Positions 25,701 to 37,420 of a stretch of 64,000 bases of DNA are shown here, piece by piece (position 1 is the stretch's first letter; every line of letters starts with the position of its first letter). The position numbers were made by a program, and so were the translations under genes. Source of the DNA: Phoronis australis (taxonomy: Eukaryota > Animalia > Phoronida); assembly GCA_002633005.1 (NCBI GenBank), contig NMRA01000110.1:333850-397849 (forward strand), in the 5' to 3' direction. The notes beneath the pieces were generated by a model that saw only the letters and a program-made list of their open reading frames with translations, did not search any database and was not told where the DNA came from.

Positions 25701-27901
25701 TGAGCTACATACTCTAACATGGCAGTGCGTGATTCTTCAACAGAAAGTTCCGCGGTGCTGAAGTGAATAAATGTTAGTAACATTAGATCGAATGTAATTA
25801 GCTAGCAACATATCTCAAATTTAAAATTGACTAAATGCACCACTGTACTACATCTGTTCAACTCCACAACTTAAGTCAGTCATTTTCTGACAAGATACCA
25901 CGGGAGTTCCATCAAGAATCGATCAGATGTCTTAGCCACTTGACGCAGCTGAATTAGACGGGTGAATCAAGTGCACAGCCAATGATACTGACTAATAGTG
26001 AACTAAAAGCCACAACACAGCAACAATCAACAGCTGCAAACGAAGGTGACAAGCACACGCAAATTGTAGCCTTACTTTTTAAACTCCATGTGAGGAGCCT
26101 CTGGGGGAGGACTGTACACCAGTGAGGGTGGGGGTGGCCCAAGAGCAGCCTCTAGAAAAGTACAAACAAGGGGTGAAACCTGTTATTGTAGTGTGTTGGC
26201 TAGAACGTAATCTTGGTACAAAGTTTTAGGAATATAATTGGTAAAGTGTGACCAGAATAAAATCTGACACAAAATTGATTTCATCAAGAAATACCTTCAC
26301 CTTGAGTGAATTAACATGATTAAAAAATAATAGAAAGTATGGCTACCAGAGCTACAAAATTCCATTATTTTGTTCAGCAGCTAAATTTGTGAACATACCA
26401 TAAGTTTTAAGTGTGTGATGCCATGAAATGCAACACTGCCACTTACTGACCAATACATTTTTGCACCTGTCCAATTCTTCTACCATCTGCTTTTTAATAA
26501 GAAGTTTTTGTGCAAACAAAATGAAATAGAATTGTTTTCACTACGTTGCAATGTTAAGCATTTAATTACTTAGTAAAATGCACTTTTTACAAAATGTTAC
26601 TCAGGTGAAGTTGTAAACATCTCACTAAAATACAACAATTTATCAAAAAATCTAGGAGCACTTGTAATGACAAATTATTCCTTGCTACAAAAGCCAAAAG
26701 ATGAAAGTATCAAAAGATTAGATCATTAGATTGTGCGTCTTTTCAATAGTCATTTTGAATATGGCACGTGTCATTTTAATGGCAGAGTGACACACACAAT
26801 GTCCAATAGTAAGTCATGCTACATTTTGATGTATGTTGATAAGACTGGTTCGGAGAACTGAGACTCAAGCACACAGGAGAGGTCAGTGTTTTGACATTTG
26901 GTCACACACAGCCAGCAGTAGTTGACTGGCTGGCTTGATGAGACTAAAGCACAAAAAAACTTTTGGGGGATACAAACAATGATCAGCACAAAAAAACAAA
27001 TAATAGTGAAAATAACGAATGAAAACAATTAGATAATCACAAACCAAAATACTGCAGACCTGTTAGGCTCTTTTCTCCACAGACTGTTCAATGTCACAGA
27101 ACTCTTCAGTAATTTTAGAACTTGTTCATGGATTTTGAAAATTCTTAGGTTTCTGTGGAGATCAGTGACGACTACCAACTTCAAGAATAGGGAAGAGAGC
27201 GGCCTACTAATGTTTGGTACAACGTGTACCAGACTACATGTACCAGAGTGCCTGTAATTATTTTTTCATAACTTCAAGTACAGGCAATGATATTTTTAAT
27301 TATGACATGGCCAGGAAAGAAATAAAACATAAATTAAGAAGAAATACAAGAGTTCTGAAATGAAAATGAGTGTCCAAGCTGAACCAACAGCACCAATCAT
27401 TAACCAACAAACCATATCTTTACACACCTTGATCATAATCACCCACTTGTTCATATCAACAAACCATGTCTTTACACACCTTGATCATAATCACCCACTT
27501 GTTCATATCCCTCAAACTGTTTGTAGGCATCCTGATCAACGGGGGGCGGGTTTTCTGGGTCATCATTGGGAATGTCGTCCCAGTTGACTTTGCCGCCCTG
27601 CCCGGGAACAAATCCTGAAAAAACAAAAACAATGCTTTAACTAGTGCAAAGATACCTAAGTCATATCGTACATACTAGTAAGATAATGGTTGGCCGGGTA
27701 TGCCAGAATTTGAATTTTTTAAGATAACATCAAGAAAAGTAGTCAAAAGACAATTACTAAATGTCTTAAATGAAACGTAGTTCAAACAATCAGATTCGTT
27801 ATACTTACTGTCTGCTTCCTCATCACCCACCGCACCTGGCATGGTTTGCACTGCCCCCTGGTGGCTGGGAGGACCACCATAACTCCCTTGGGTTGTCTGG
27901 T
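19614..27901 (-). CDS. SSUH2: Protein SSUH2 homolog (Cys-rich, DnaJ-type CxxCxGxG zinc-finger repeats, C-terminal CaaX); start exon uncertain
   Basis: Phase-consistent exons (minus strand): 27809-27901, 27480-27614, 26076-26151, 25628-25757, 23870-24055, 23089-23258, 21662-21754, 20710-20812, 20045-20149, 19614-19760. Family-typical motifs LSVEESRTAMLEYVAQQCCYG, LESYCESR..PYKGGYVDGPENG.PP.PW, EVPHTSEV, multiple CxxCxGxG, RILQQRQTLRAVPVTEV and FWVYG..REVYAPDYPQQCCWGCQIL*. Confidence 0.92.
20856..20969. mobile_element. Short hairpin MITE-like inverted repeat in a SSUH2 intron
   Basis: AGGGTAATGGTCTGATATAATGTACCCGAATTTTGATAACCAGTTT pairs imperfectly with AAACTGGTTCTCAAAATACGGGCACATTACACCTGACTATTGCCTT. 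Confidence 0.65.
22002..22112. repeat. 26-bp minisatellite, ~4 copies
   Basis: Unit CAAAGTGTCGACATACTAGTACGTCT. Confidence 0.9.
22775..23026. repeat. 25-bp minisatellite, ~10 copies
   Basis: Unit CAGGGTTATGATGATGTAATGACAC, about 60 bp inside the intron from the SSUH2 donor at 23088. Confidence 0.95.
24133..24228. repeat. 19-bp minisatellite, ~5 copies
   Basis: Unit AATTGGGCCAACTAACTCA. Confidence 0.9.
27406..27509 (-). repeat. 52-bp tandem duplication spanning a SSUH2 exon 3' end and splice donor
   Basis: AACAAACCAT(A/G)TCTTTACACACCTTGATCATAATCACCCACTTGTTCATATC x2. Confidence 0.95.
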
Positions 27902-28589
27902 CTAGAAAAACAAGTACATACTCAGTGCAATAAAGGGGCTTGTGCAGCTAATTATTCACTGTCAAATTAAAAGTATTAACTATTTACAAACTTTAAAATT
28001 AGCGCGTATGCAAACAATGACATATTGATGGACATATTGGTTTATTCACTATAAATAAGTCGTTGTTTACATACGAGCTAATTTTAAAGTTTGTACTCCT
28101 ATTTTGACCGAAAGCAAATGTGATCAACTATTTACAAGCAATTGAAATTTAAAAGAGTGAGAATCTTTTATATCTTTTACTTTTTTAATTCAACCACAAG
28201 TTCAAAAACTCAAAATTGCCTATGACAGAGAAGGACTACTGGAGCTATATAATTTGTCCATGCCAACACATTACAATAATTATTAAAAAAAAATCAGATG
28301 AGTTCCCTCAACTCACAACAAAAACATGCAGAGAAAAACAAAAAGATTTCTTACTTGACATTCAAATGAAAGTGATAATGGAGCCCAAGACGACAGCAAC
28401 AGTTGTGAACAAGGTTGCTAGGTGGCGCTACAAACAGAAAAGACTAGTCACTTACGGATGGAACTAATAAAACAACTGTTAAAGTTATGTGCCGTGCAAC
28501 ATGAATTCAAATCAAGGATACTGTAACACAATAATCACATAGCTCACTGCTCAATGCCCACCTCTTGATTACAATACACTCTACAGCGT

Positions 28590-28810
28590 CCTGTATAACC
28601 TCTAACACGCCCTGCATAACCTACCACACCCCACCATATGCCCATCCATGCCCTGCATGCATACCCCACCATGCCAGCATGCCATGCATACCCCCACCAT
28701 AACCCACATGCCCCACCATATACCTTACATACACCTACCATGGTCCACATACCCCCACCATACCTTGCATATCGGCATAGCCCACATACCATACCATGCC
28801 CCACACATAC
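28590..28810. repeat. Degenerate low-complexity CATACCCCACCAT-type repeat
   Basis: Recurrent CATACC/CCACCAT/CCCACAT motifs; these generate spurious Gly/Met-rich and His/Pro-rich ORFs. Confidence 0.7.
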
Positions 28811-29575
28811 AATATAGTTCTCAGCAAAAGTCGTTCATTTGTAAAATATATCAACATGATGCAGTTATCAGAAATGATCTTTATTTTCTCCGTTTTAGTT
28901 ATGAAATCAATAACACAAATCATGCCTTCCACATCTGCTCAAGAATATCAAAACAAAATTGACCTACTTAACCGGCCATAACCTTCCATGACAATAAAAG
29001 AAAAATAGTAATATTAGGTGGATTTTTTAATGTTAGTAACAAATGTGACTCAACGCTAGGTATTGCTGTTACCAGCAATCCCTGCACAGGCTCGCAGACA
29101 CACTGTCTTATCAAAAGTGCTTCGCAAGCCATCCTGCCTTTGGTCAGACTGTTTACAAAAGTCAAGCGTGTTTGTGAATTTTTTTATCTACACTGCAGTT
29201 GTGAACTACATGCGATGTTAGTTTTGGGCCAAATAAGCAATAGAAACCACAGCACAAATGTTGTTCAATTAATGCATTCGTCCAATGTTTCGACATTCTC
29301 AGCTGTTCACCGAAACCCAACAACACGGTTACAAGTAAGTAACCAAATCAACTGAACTAAAACTCACTTGTAAAGCAGATATCTACAAAGGTCCAAGCTC
29401 TCTCGGCGTATAATTTCACTAGTTTCAATTAAAACAAAACAATGCACAGTTCAAATAATGTCCATTTATGTATTTAATTATACTTGGCTGGCGAGAACAC
29501 TGTGACACTTCACACACTGTTATTCTTTTGTTTTTTGTAACCAAGAATGATAACCACGGGTATCCCGGAGACACT

Positions 29576-30028
29576 GCTGTGCGTCAACTTGGAGTCTTGC
29601 TTAATTTCAAGATCGCGTATGCGTGAACTTGGACTACACGTAAGAGGAAAATTAACAAGTTCACTCAAACAGTCAAGTTCACGTTTATAAAAATTCCCAA
29701 TGCACTAGATTAAATTACATGCTAATAAATATAACGTTAATTTAACCATTGTTTTCTGTATAATTGGCTAGGACGAATGCATATATTACTCCCTGGCATT
29801 GGCGATCTTATTCACTGAGCAATAATTGATTTAGCCATTCACATATTCCTCCGATTCTTTGACATTAGTCCCGGTAAGGGAGAAAATGGGTGATCATGAG
29901 GCCAATAAGTACAAAAATTCTTCACACTGAACAAAAAATTTCACCTTAAGTGCCTACTTGAATACTCGATTCCAAGTTCACATATACGTCATCTTGAGAT
30001 TAAGCAGGATCCTGAGTTCACGCACAGC
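29576..30028. mobile_element. MITE-like element with ~57-bp imperfect terminal inverted repeats
   Basis: GCTGTGCGTCAACTTGGAGTCTTGCTTAATTTCAAGATCGCGTATGCGTGAACTTGGA (29576-29633) is the imperfect reverse complement of TCCAAGTTCACATATACGTCATCTTGAGATTAAGCAGGATCCTGAGTTCACGCACAGC (29971-30028). Confidence 0.75.
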
Positions 30029-31074
30029 GGAATAGTGAAGTAGTGCTACCTGGCGTCAGAAAGAAACGTTCGAGTTCCATTGCGCTGTAGTCTCCTGCAC
30101 AGACCCTCGAGGTTTGTTCACAAGCAATCCGTGACGTCAGCTTGTAAGGCCCGGGAACCAGGTTACATTGCGCTGTGGATCGACTTGGACTCCTGCCTGC
30201 TTACTTCGAGTTGTTCTCAAACAGCTTGCACCATATCGCGCGGACTACAGGCTGAAAATTGTCTACAAATGGTTTATTCTTAGCCTGCCTACGAAAACTC
30301 AACCAACACACGCCGTTCAGGCCACTCAGACCATGGGCGGGCACCCCGGAAAAGTGGGGTTACAGTCACAGCCCATTCAGTGGTGCGCCGCCCGCCATGA
30401 CATATACTGGCCTCCAGTGCGCCCGAAGTTGGTCTGTCGGTGTTAGCATCCGCTGCCAGGTTTTAAATTAGCTTTTGCACCTGTTTCTGTCTTTATTTAG
30501 TTTATGAGAGTGTCTAATCCGGAATAGCTAGGCCATGCACAATGCAGTAATCTGGCCTTTAGTATACTCTCCCGTGCCCCGCCTCCCAAGACTAAGTTTA
30601 AACGCCCGGCTGCCTTGTATACCTTTCCTCACTGGCTGTCAGTCAAGACGCCGGGCTCTTCCATGTCAGTCCCGTCGGACGTATCAGTGGTTTTAGTGCT
30701 GAAGTAGTTACCGCCGGATCAGTAACACCCGGCGGTCATGTCTATAGGAACCGTTGGGACCGAGGCACAAGCGTGTGCCCGGGCCCCTTCTGTGTTCAGT
30801 CCGAATGCAGACAAATTAGGCCTAATCGGTAACGTCTCAACGTAGTCAGTTTAACCCGGGACCCTAAGCGTTTGACGGAAAATTACATGTCGGAAGAAAA
30901 ACGCATGAGTACACGCCGACGGCCAAGTTTACCGGCTACTCTGTCGTTTCTCAAAATAAGCTACCGCGTTTTCTTGCACTCGAAATCCTTAGTCGAATGT
31001 TCACTGACATGATATAGCTGGCGGTAGGGCCTAAGTCTAGACCTTATTAAAACTTTGGTCGAAAGTCTTCTCTT

Positions 31075-31508
31075 CCCACACGAAAATATTCAATAGGATC
31101 CTCATTATAGGATTCCTATTGGATGCAATAGGAAGTCCTCATAGGCGGGATCGTCCTAAAGGATCCAATAGGAAATCCTATATAAAAATCCTATAGGATC
31201 CTAAAGGAAACCCTATAGAAAAATTCTATAGGTTTTCCAATAGGAAATCCTATATGATCCAATAGGATATTGGGCCAAAATCGATTTGGATTCCTATAGG
31301 ATACCCTAAGGATTCCCGGGATGCCTATAGAATTTCCTATAGGATTCTCATCATATAGGATTTTATAGGATTCCTATAGATTTCCTGTAGGATTCCTATA
31401 GGATTTCCTGCATGATTCCAATAGGATCCTATAGGATATTGGGTTAAAATCCTATAGGATTTCCTATAGGAATCCAGTAGGAAATCCTGTTGGAATTTTT
31501 CGTAAGGG
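31075..31508. mobile_element. Non-autonomous CMC/EnSpm(CACTA)-like element built from ATAGGA/TCCTAT subterminal repeats
   Basis: Ends CCCACACGAAAATATTCAATAGGAT and (reverse complement) CCCTTACGAAAAATTCCAACAGGAT. TT dinucleotide on both flanks. Interior is dozens of CCTATAGGA-type motifs. Confidence 0.65.
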
Positions 31509-31904
31509 TTGTCAAATGATCATTGTCGATGGTGCACAGCCTCGCGAATTTCATACGAGCAACAATCTTGAGTGCACCAATACAGGGAGCCCTCAACTTG
31601 GGGGGAGAGAGTGAAATTCTCGGAGCGCTTAGAGAGGTGGAGCCACAGGAGAATGGAGATGCAATTGACAGAATGCAGCTGTTTGGATATAAGAGAGGGT
31701 GCGGTGTTGATAGCCGGTTGCATGGACTGGCAAGACGACTGTGTAATCAGCAGTTGGTCGGAGTGGTTAGTCTAACCTTGTCTGACTTAATGACGTGGAA
31801 AGCCGAGCACCCATGGGTCTGCCCCGAGTTTGACGACGCTGTTTCTGCTCCCAAGTAATACCAAGTAGTAACAATCTTGATGGAAAAGATTTCCAAGACT
31901 ACAT

Positions 31905-32718
31905 GTCCAGAAGTTCACTACTCCGAAGGTTCACTAACTTCGACTAAGTCCACAATTCCGAAACGGCAGAACTCCGACAGTTCATTACTCTGATTTTCTA
32001 CTAACTTATGAATGATTCAGAACTGACATGAATAAAGTATTGTATTTAGGGTGTGCAAGAGTTGAATAGTCCCGGCAAAAAATAATTTTTATTGTTTACA
32101 AATGAGCTCAGTCCCAATCCCTGCGGGCAATCGTGATTCTCGAATCAAACACTCGTTCTCATTAGGGACAACATCTGGGGCACGGGTCCGGGTTGCGGCG
32201 ACCAACGGCGGTTTTAAATTTAAGGAGACTGAATGAGACTTCGATAAGACTTGCAGGGACAAGATAGCCTACTATTTAGTTTCGACCCGGCCATGCGAGT
32301 AGTTCCGGTGGATGACGTTAAAGCATAGCGCCCTAAGTCGCGCTGTAACTGCGCTCTTGACATGAAGTTGATGAATGTATCGTGGTTGATAATTCATCAA
32401 CATTCCTATTTCGTATTCTTTTAGAAATGCAAGCCAAGTACACACATACTCATTTTCCCGTCATTCGTAAGACATGCGGACAATTCCACATGCACATAAA
32501 ATCCAAACAAAGTGATTTATTAGGCGGGCGTATTGTCGTCGGCATGATAATTGCCATTACCGAAGTGTTGCTTATTTTTGCATGTAAAAGTACATAACAG
32601 TTACACCTGAGTCAGAAATTTTAGACATTTTTGGAGTAGTGAATCATCGGAGTGGTGAATTTTCGAATGGTGAACCTCCGAGTCGGAATAGTGGACCTTC
32701 GGAATAGTGGGCTGTTCG
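31905..32718. mobile_element. Foldback/Mutator-like non-autonomous element with ~15-bp subterminal repeats
   Basis: Left arm has repeated TTCACTACTCCGAAGG / CCACAATTCCGAA; right arm has the inverted CGGAATAGTGGACCTT / CGGAGTGGTGAA repeats. No TSD resolved. Confidence 0.55.
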
Positions 32719-34339
32719 GCCATTTCTAGCGATGTAAGCAACTTTTAACAAAAATACAATCGGATGAAAAATTACGTCAAGTCATTTTCCGACCGTCCGA
32801 GCATGTATGAGGTGTAATCACTCATTTAAAAAGCCCGATTTAAAAATTTGACGAGGTAACGTGAGAACGTTTGGCCATATATCACATTATGTCCGAATTT
32901 GAGTCCCGTTTTTTGCGAGCAACCGTCACGACATCCTTATTTTTGATTTTATGAATTCCGTCGTATCTCAGGAACAAGAGCTGAGAGCCATCGTTGGCGT
33001 GGATGACAGCTAGATATTCCTAATCTTCAAACGCCTTACTGACAGTGCTGTTGTGGGGCGTAGGCGCACGTAGGCGCAGCCAACCACCTTTTGGCATTTG
33101 AACGTAGCACCTACGCACCGTAAGTTATGTTCAGTGCTCTAGGTTATACGAACAAGTTGGGAGCAACGGGATGTCACCGTCATGTATGTGGTAAGTAGCC
33201 AGTACGCTTGCTGGCTAGGCACGTAGGGGACTAGCGAGAAGTCTCGGTAGTAATTACGTGCCTAATTACAGGCGACTTTACTCCCGAACGGTCCAAGGTA
33301 TGTCTCCAGTGGTACTCGGGCTGATATGACAACTGAAAAATTCAACTTATAATGTTTTATTTTCAATCCTCGATATAATGGATCGTGCAATTGTTTGCAA
33401 CATTGGTAATGCTACTCCAGAAAGGCGATCATCAGCACCTTTTAAAGATGACAGCTACAATTAACTTGTACATACTTACTCTTAGTCTAAGCGCACAACC
33501 AACACGAAAAACGAGCCCGAAGCCAGCACAACCGGCCGTTCATTGAGCTTCCCGTATAGTAGGCCTACTCTTTGAAAATTACGGTTGGGTCTCTCTAACC
33601 GTTCTGTCAGCTATAAGTTCGATGTTCTGGAACATTCGTCAGACTTAATTGCAAGTAATCGTGTTCTTATTCTTTGTTGGTTCGAAAGCTTGGGATTCAA
33701 TTTAAGCATGGTCAAGACTGCCCTCTGACTACTGTAAGACCATAGATACTCGTCAATATTTAGTCTATGAAGGAAGGTCAGAGTGGTTGTTACGTTTCAA
33801 AAAGGTAATAATATGGATCCGAACAGTTAAAGAGAACTAATCATTATGTTTACTTGTAAAACTTATAATTCGCTGCAGAAAAATGTCGTTGTGACTCTAC
33901 AAAATCAATCAAAACTCATTTCTTAACTGATCCAAAATTCTTACAGCGGAAAAAGCTCAATGGCTCATTACCTCGAGGAGAGCAACTGTAACAGAAAACG
34001 ATGTCGTGAATACTTAGCTCATAGGTAATGAGTCGCCTCTCGCTTATGAAAAGTCCTGAAAGGTGGAATCCCACTCCGTGTCCAGTTAAGAATAGTGGTT
34101 CCGCTGTTATGTGAATCTCCTAACCTATTTATGCGAATCTCTAACTAGCTCTTTCAATAGATTAACAGCACAAAGCGGTGGCGTTTTTTCCATGCCCATC
34201 TTGCAGAGTCTTATTTAGTTCTTTATATTTACGTCATAAGAAATGACATTATTAGCAACTCTCCTCTTGCTTTACTCTGCAACATAGCTCGTGGCGTACT
34301 CCGGGCAAAATAGATTACCATAAAGTATGTATCGCGCTT

Positions 34340-34565
34340 CTCTTAAAAATAGTGAAATTTCTCCAGTTTTCAAAGCAAAGAACATAAGTCAATCAGTGTT
34401 CTATCCCCTCCCAATTAATCAAATCCTCGAACGATTATTGCATTAACAACTCTGTTAATGCGCTATCGAAATCTATAGCGTGTGTGTGCTTTTAAGACTG
34501 GACACAGTTGTCAAGACGTATTGATGAAACTAAATGAGGCTGTCAAGAAAACCATGAATTCAAAC
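34340..34565 (+). pseudogene. Degraded non-LTR retrotransposon (CR1/L2-like) reverse transcriptase fragment
   Basis: Broken frames give LKNSEISPVFK, QILERLLH*QL and AFKTGHSCQDVLMKLNEAVKKTMNS, matching the ..PIFK..KILE..FRxGHSC..L region of LINE ORF2. Confidence 0.65.
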
Positions 34566-36799
34566 ATAGTGAGTTTTCATCTGGCTGCCGTCGGAACGCT
34601 CGGTTCCTTGAGCCTCTGCTCTTATTTTGTAGGACGAGCGCGTCAAACTTTGAGGCTCGGCTGTTGTTAGACATTGGCGTCTCGCTGATCCTATTCATTG
34701 CATCTCTCCGCCCTCCATTTGTCGAAGTGGGCAAAAAAAGTCGCCTCAAAGAAACAAAAACTACGAAAAAAGTAAAAAAGACAAAAGCCACTAAAAAGGC
34801 AGGATCTACCAAAATTCGGCGCATACATATTTCATAGCTCTGAAGGTACCCCGTAAATTTTAGTAAAAGGTCCACATTTCAAAAATTCGAGCCCCCATTT
34901 TTAGGTTGCATGCGCGCACGAAATATTTGAGTTTGTAGATTTAAAAAATCCATCAACGTCTTCTCCATATATGATTAGCTGATATTTCTCAATCGTGTTG
35001 GTTTTGAAATCAAACTTGTTCTCAAGTGAGTACGTCCACTTCCTGGTTACGCAACCAACCTTGATCCTTACGTAAAACTGAGCTCAAACTTTATGAAACG
35101 TGAACAGTAACATGGAACGTGTGAATGGGTTTTTCGACCCATGGCAATTTTTCTATTAATAATTCCCACAAGTTCGACGATTGCTTTCTCGGAGAAAGTT
35201 TGAACGAATTCGGGATTCTATGTTTATTCCGATATTGCAAGTCCATACGTGACACTTCAACCAACCAGGCAACCAAATGAGACAAACGTACGATGACTAC
35301 CTGACCTGACACCCCTAATATTGTACAAAATTCACACGATCGCTCGATCGCTACAGTATCTATCCAGAAGATTATTTGATGGTGTACAACGAATATCTGT
35401 CACTAACAACGACATTTTGTAACCGAGTTCACAGAGTGAATCACCATGTTAGCATGCAAAGTTAGTATTAGGAAGAAAACTACACCTCAAGAGTACTTCA
35501 CAGAGTGAATACTCCACGACTATGGTGCAGACGCAATAGTTGCACGTGCAAAGAACATGCAGAGTCGACTCGCAACTTCAGAGAACGACAGGCTCTAGAT
35601 TTGATCCATATTGAAGGCTGGGTGCGCGCATGCTATAGTGAAAAAGTATGCCATTTCAGATCTCAGGAGTCGTGGGGTACTGTTCTGTGTAGTATAAGTG
35701 AACTCGCCGTACAGCGACAGAGAAAACACCTGTCTCCGAGTCCGTCAGTAGACGGCCTTTACGACAGGGACTACTCAGTAGAAAAATAACGTAATCCCGC
35801 TCGATAATTTTTTAATAAATTAAAGTACACATCATCAACTAAACTATAGACGTTGCATCATGTTGTCAACACACTCACGTCAACTTACAAAGATTGAATG
35901 ATGTTGTGTCATAAAAGGACTCCACCGCAAAGAACGACTGCACTCGCACTCTTGAGATTCCACCTGTTGACACGGAGCTGATCATGTTTAGAGACGTAAC
36001 ACGCGCTGGTTAACTAATGAGTATCTCAGCGTGTAACTCAACAATCGCTTCATCCGTACATGAAACAACTTCTTTACATGGTACTGATCCATCACATAGC
36101 AACGGCGATTATCGAGAAGGCTCACAAACACTGCGCCAGACTTAGTTGTAACCATGGATACGCAAATTCCCTTTCCAGTCAACTGTTACGGATTAAGTGT
36201 GCGATTAATGGGAATCGTAAACCGTGTTTTACCAGGCTTCGTCAGAGCTTCCCCAGTTGCACACTTCCCCCGGAGACCGAGGGAGACACATGTCAGGGAA
36301 GAGTTGAGCTGAGCTTGTTCCGCCAGCCCAATTAGTTTACTGCTGATCGATAAAACCCTGTGTAGCTTTAATGCGCGGAGTAATGACAGATCTATTCATT
36401 ACGGGTGCATTTGTAAAATAGCACCAACGAGATATAATCATCTTACGGATTGACTTCATTATGCCCCGCCATGGATTTCAATTAAATTGTTCATCGATGC
36501 AAGTCACAAAAAGGAATGCGTGTATGAACCATTTTCCAATTCGCAACTTTCCAGTTAGGGTTACTATAAGTAAGTACGTAATTAAGTAAATAATTAAGTA
36601 ATTAGTAAGTAGCCTAAGTAAGTAAGCAAGTAAGTAATTTAGCATACTTATTAGTAAAATGTTTATTTTACATCGTCGCGACACCTTTGCAAACAATACA
36701 ATAGCACACGTGCGTCAGTGACCAATATAAAATGCGAAGACCACGAGACAGACTATTTCGTTACCACGATAGCAATAACTTTATTTATCTCCATGATAG

Positions 36800-37420
36800 C
36801 AAGTAGCAGCATATATTAATAAAAATAACAACCGTTTTTAAGTCGACTTGACATGTTTCGGTGTCATTTATTCAAACACCATCATCAGAATAGAGAATAC
36901 AGTGGCCACCTAGCTAGGCCCAGCAACAAGTAATAAGAACAGATACAGTCAGTTACAGGGAGTGACAATGAACTAGACCAACAATGACAACCTGTGGTGT
37001 GCCAGTTGCCTGTTGGGCCTGCACCAACTGATGTGCAGGGCCTCACTTTGTTGTTACTGCCTGGTCTATTATTGCAACGTCATTGAAAGAGCACTGCTGA
37101 TAACAGTGATCGAAGCTCTGTAGGTGAATATTTACGTGTGAACTTCTGTCAGAATTTAGATGTTTTTTGTGGTCCTGGTTTTCAAATGGCGAACAGTTTC
37201 GCCTATATAACTGGAGCCACATCCAGCATAGATAAATCTGTACACTAACCTGGACCGCAGACCCATAGGAATTTTGTCCGTATAGGGGTTAAATAAATTC
37301 GACAGTTTTAGGGACTTGAATGTTAATGCAACTCTTAAGTTTACACAGTAATCATTCACCAATTTGTTGAGTTTTCGTTGAGCAATCTTGGCGTAAAACC
37401 CGGCCAACATACGGTACTTT
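36800..37420 (-). mobile_element. Penelope-like retroelement 3' fragment (GIY-YIG endonuclease plus pLTR), frameshifted
   Basis: ORF 37156-37491(-) contains DKIPMGLRSRLVYRFIYAGCGSSYIGETVRHLKTR. It continues in shifted frames as SDRSSHV..HL..C..AIIDQA..EALHISW..P..NRQL.H..LSL*, followed by a hammerhead core. Confidence 0.88.
36848..36890 (-). ncRNA. Minimal type I hammerhead ribozyme motif in the Penelope pLTR
   Basis: Minus strand reads TT-CTGATGA-T-GGTGT-ttgaataaatg-ACACC-GAAA-CATG-TC-AA. This gives the conserved core, a 5-bp stem II, a palindromic ACATGT stem III and a GUC cleavage triplet. Stem I is only ~2 bp. Confidence 0.75.

Noticed and set aside
28544-28962. Gly/Met-rich and His/Pro-rich ORFs
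   Set aside because: They arise from a low-complexity repeat and have no convincing splice signals or domain.
31520-31890. ORF 31523-31858 or a possible LINE 3' end on the minus strand (FSIKIVTTW..L)
   Set aside because: Similarity is limited to a few residues and cannot be supported without a search.
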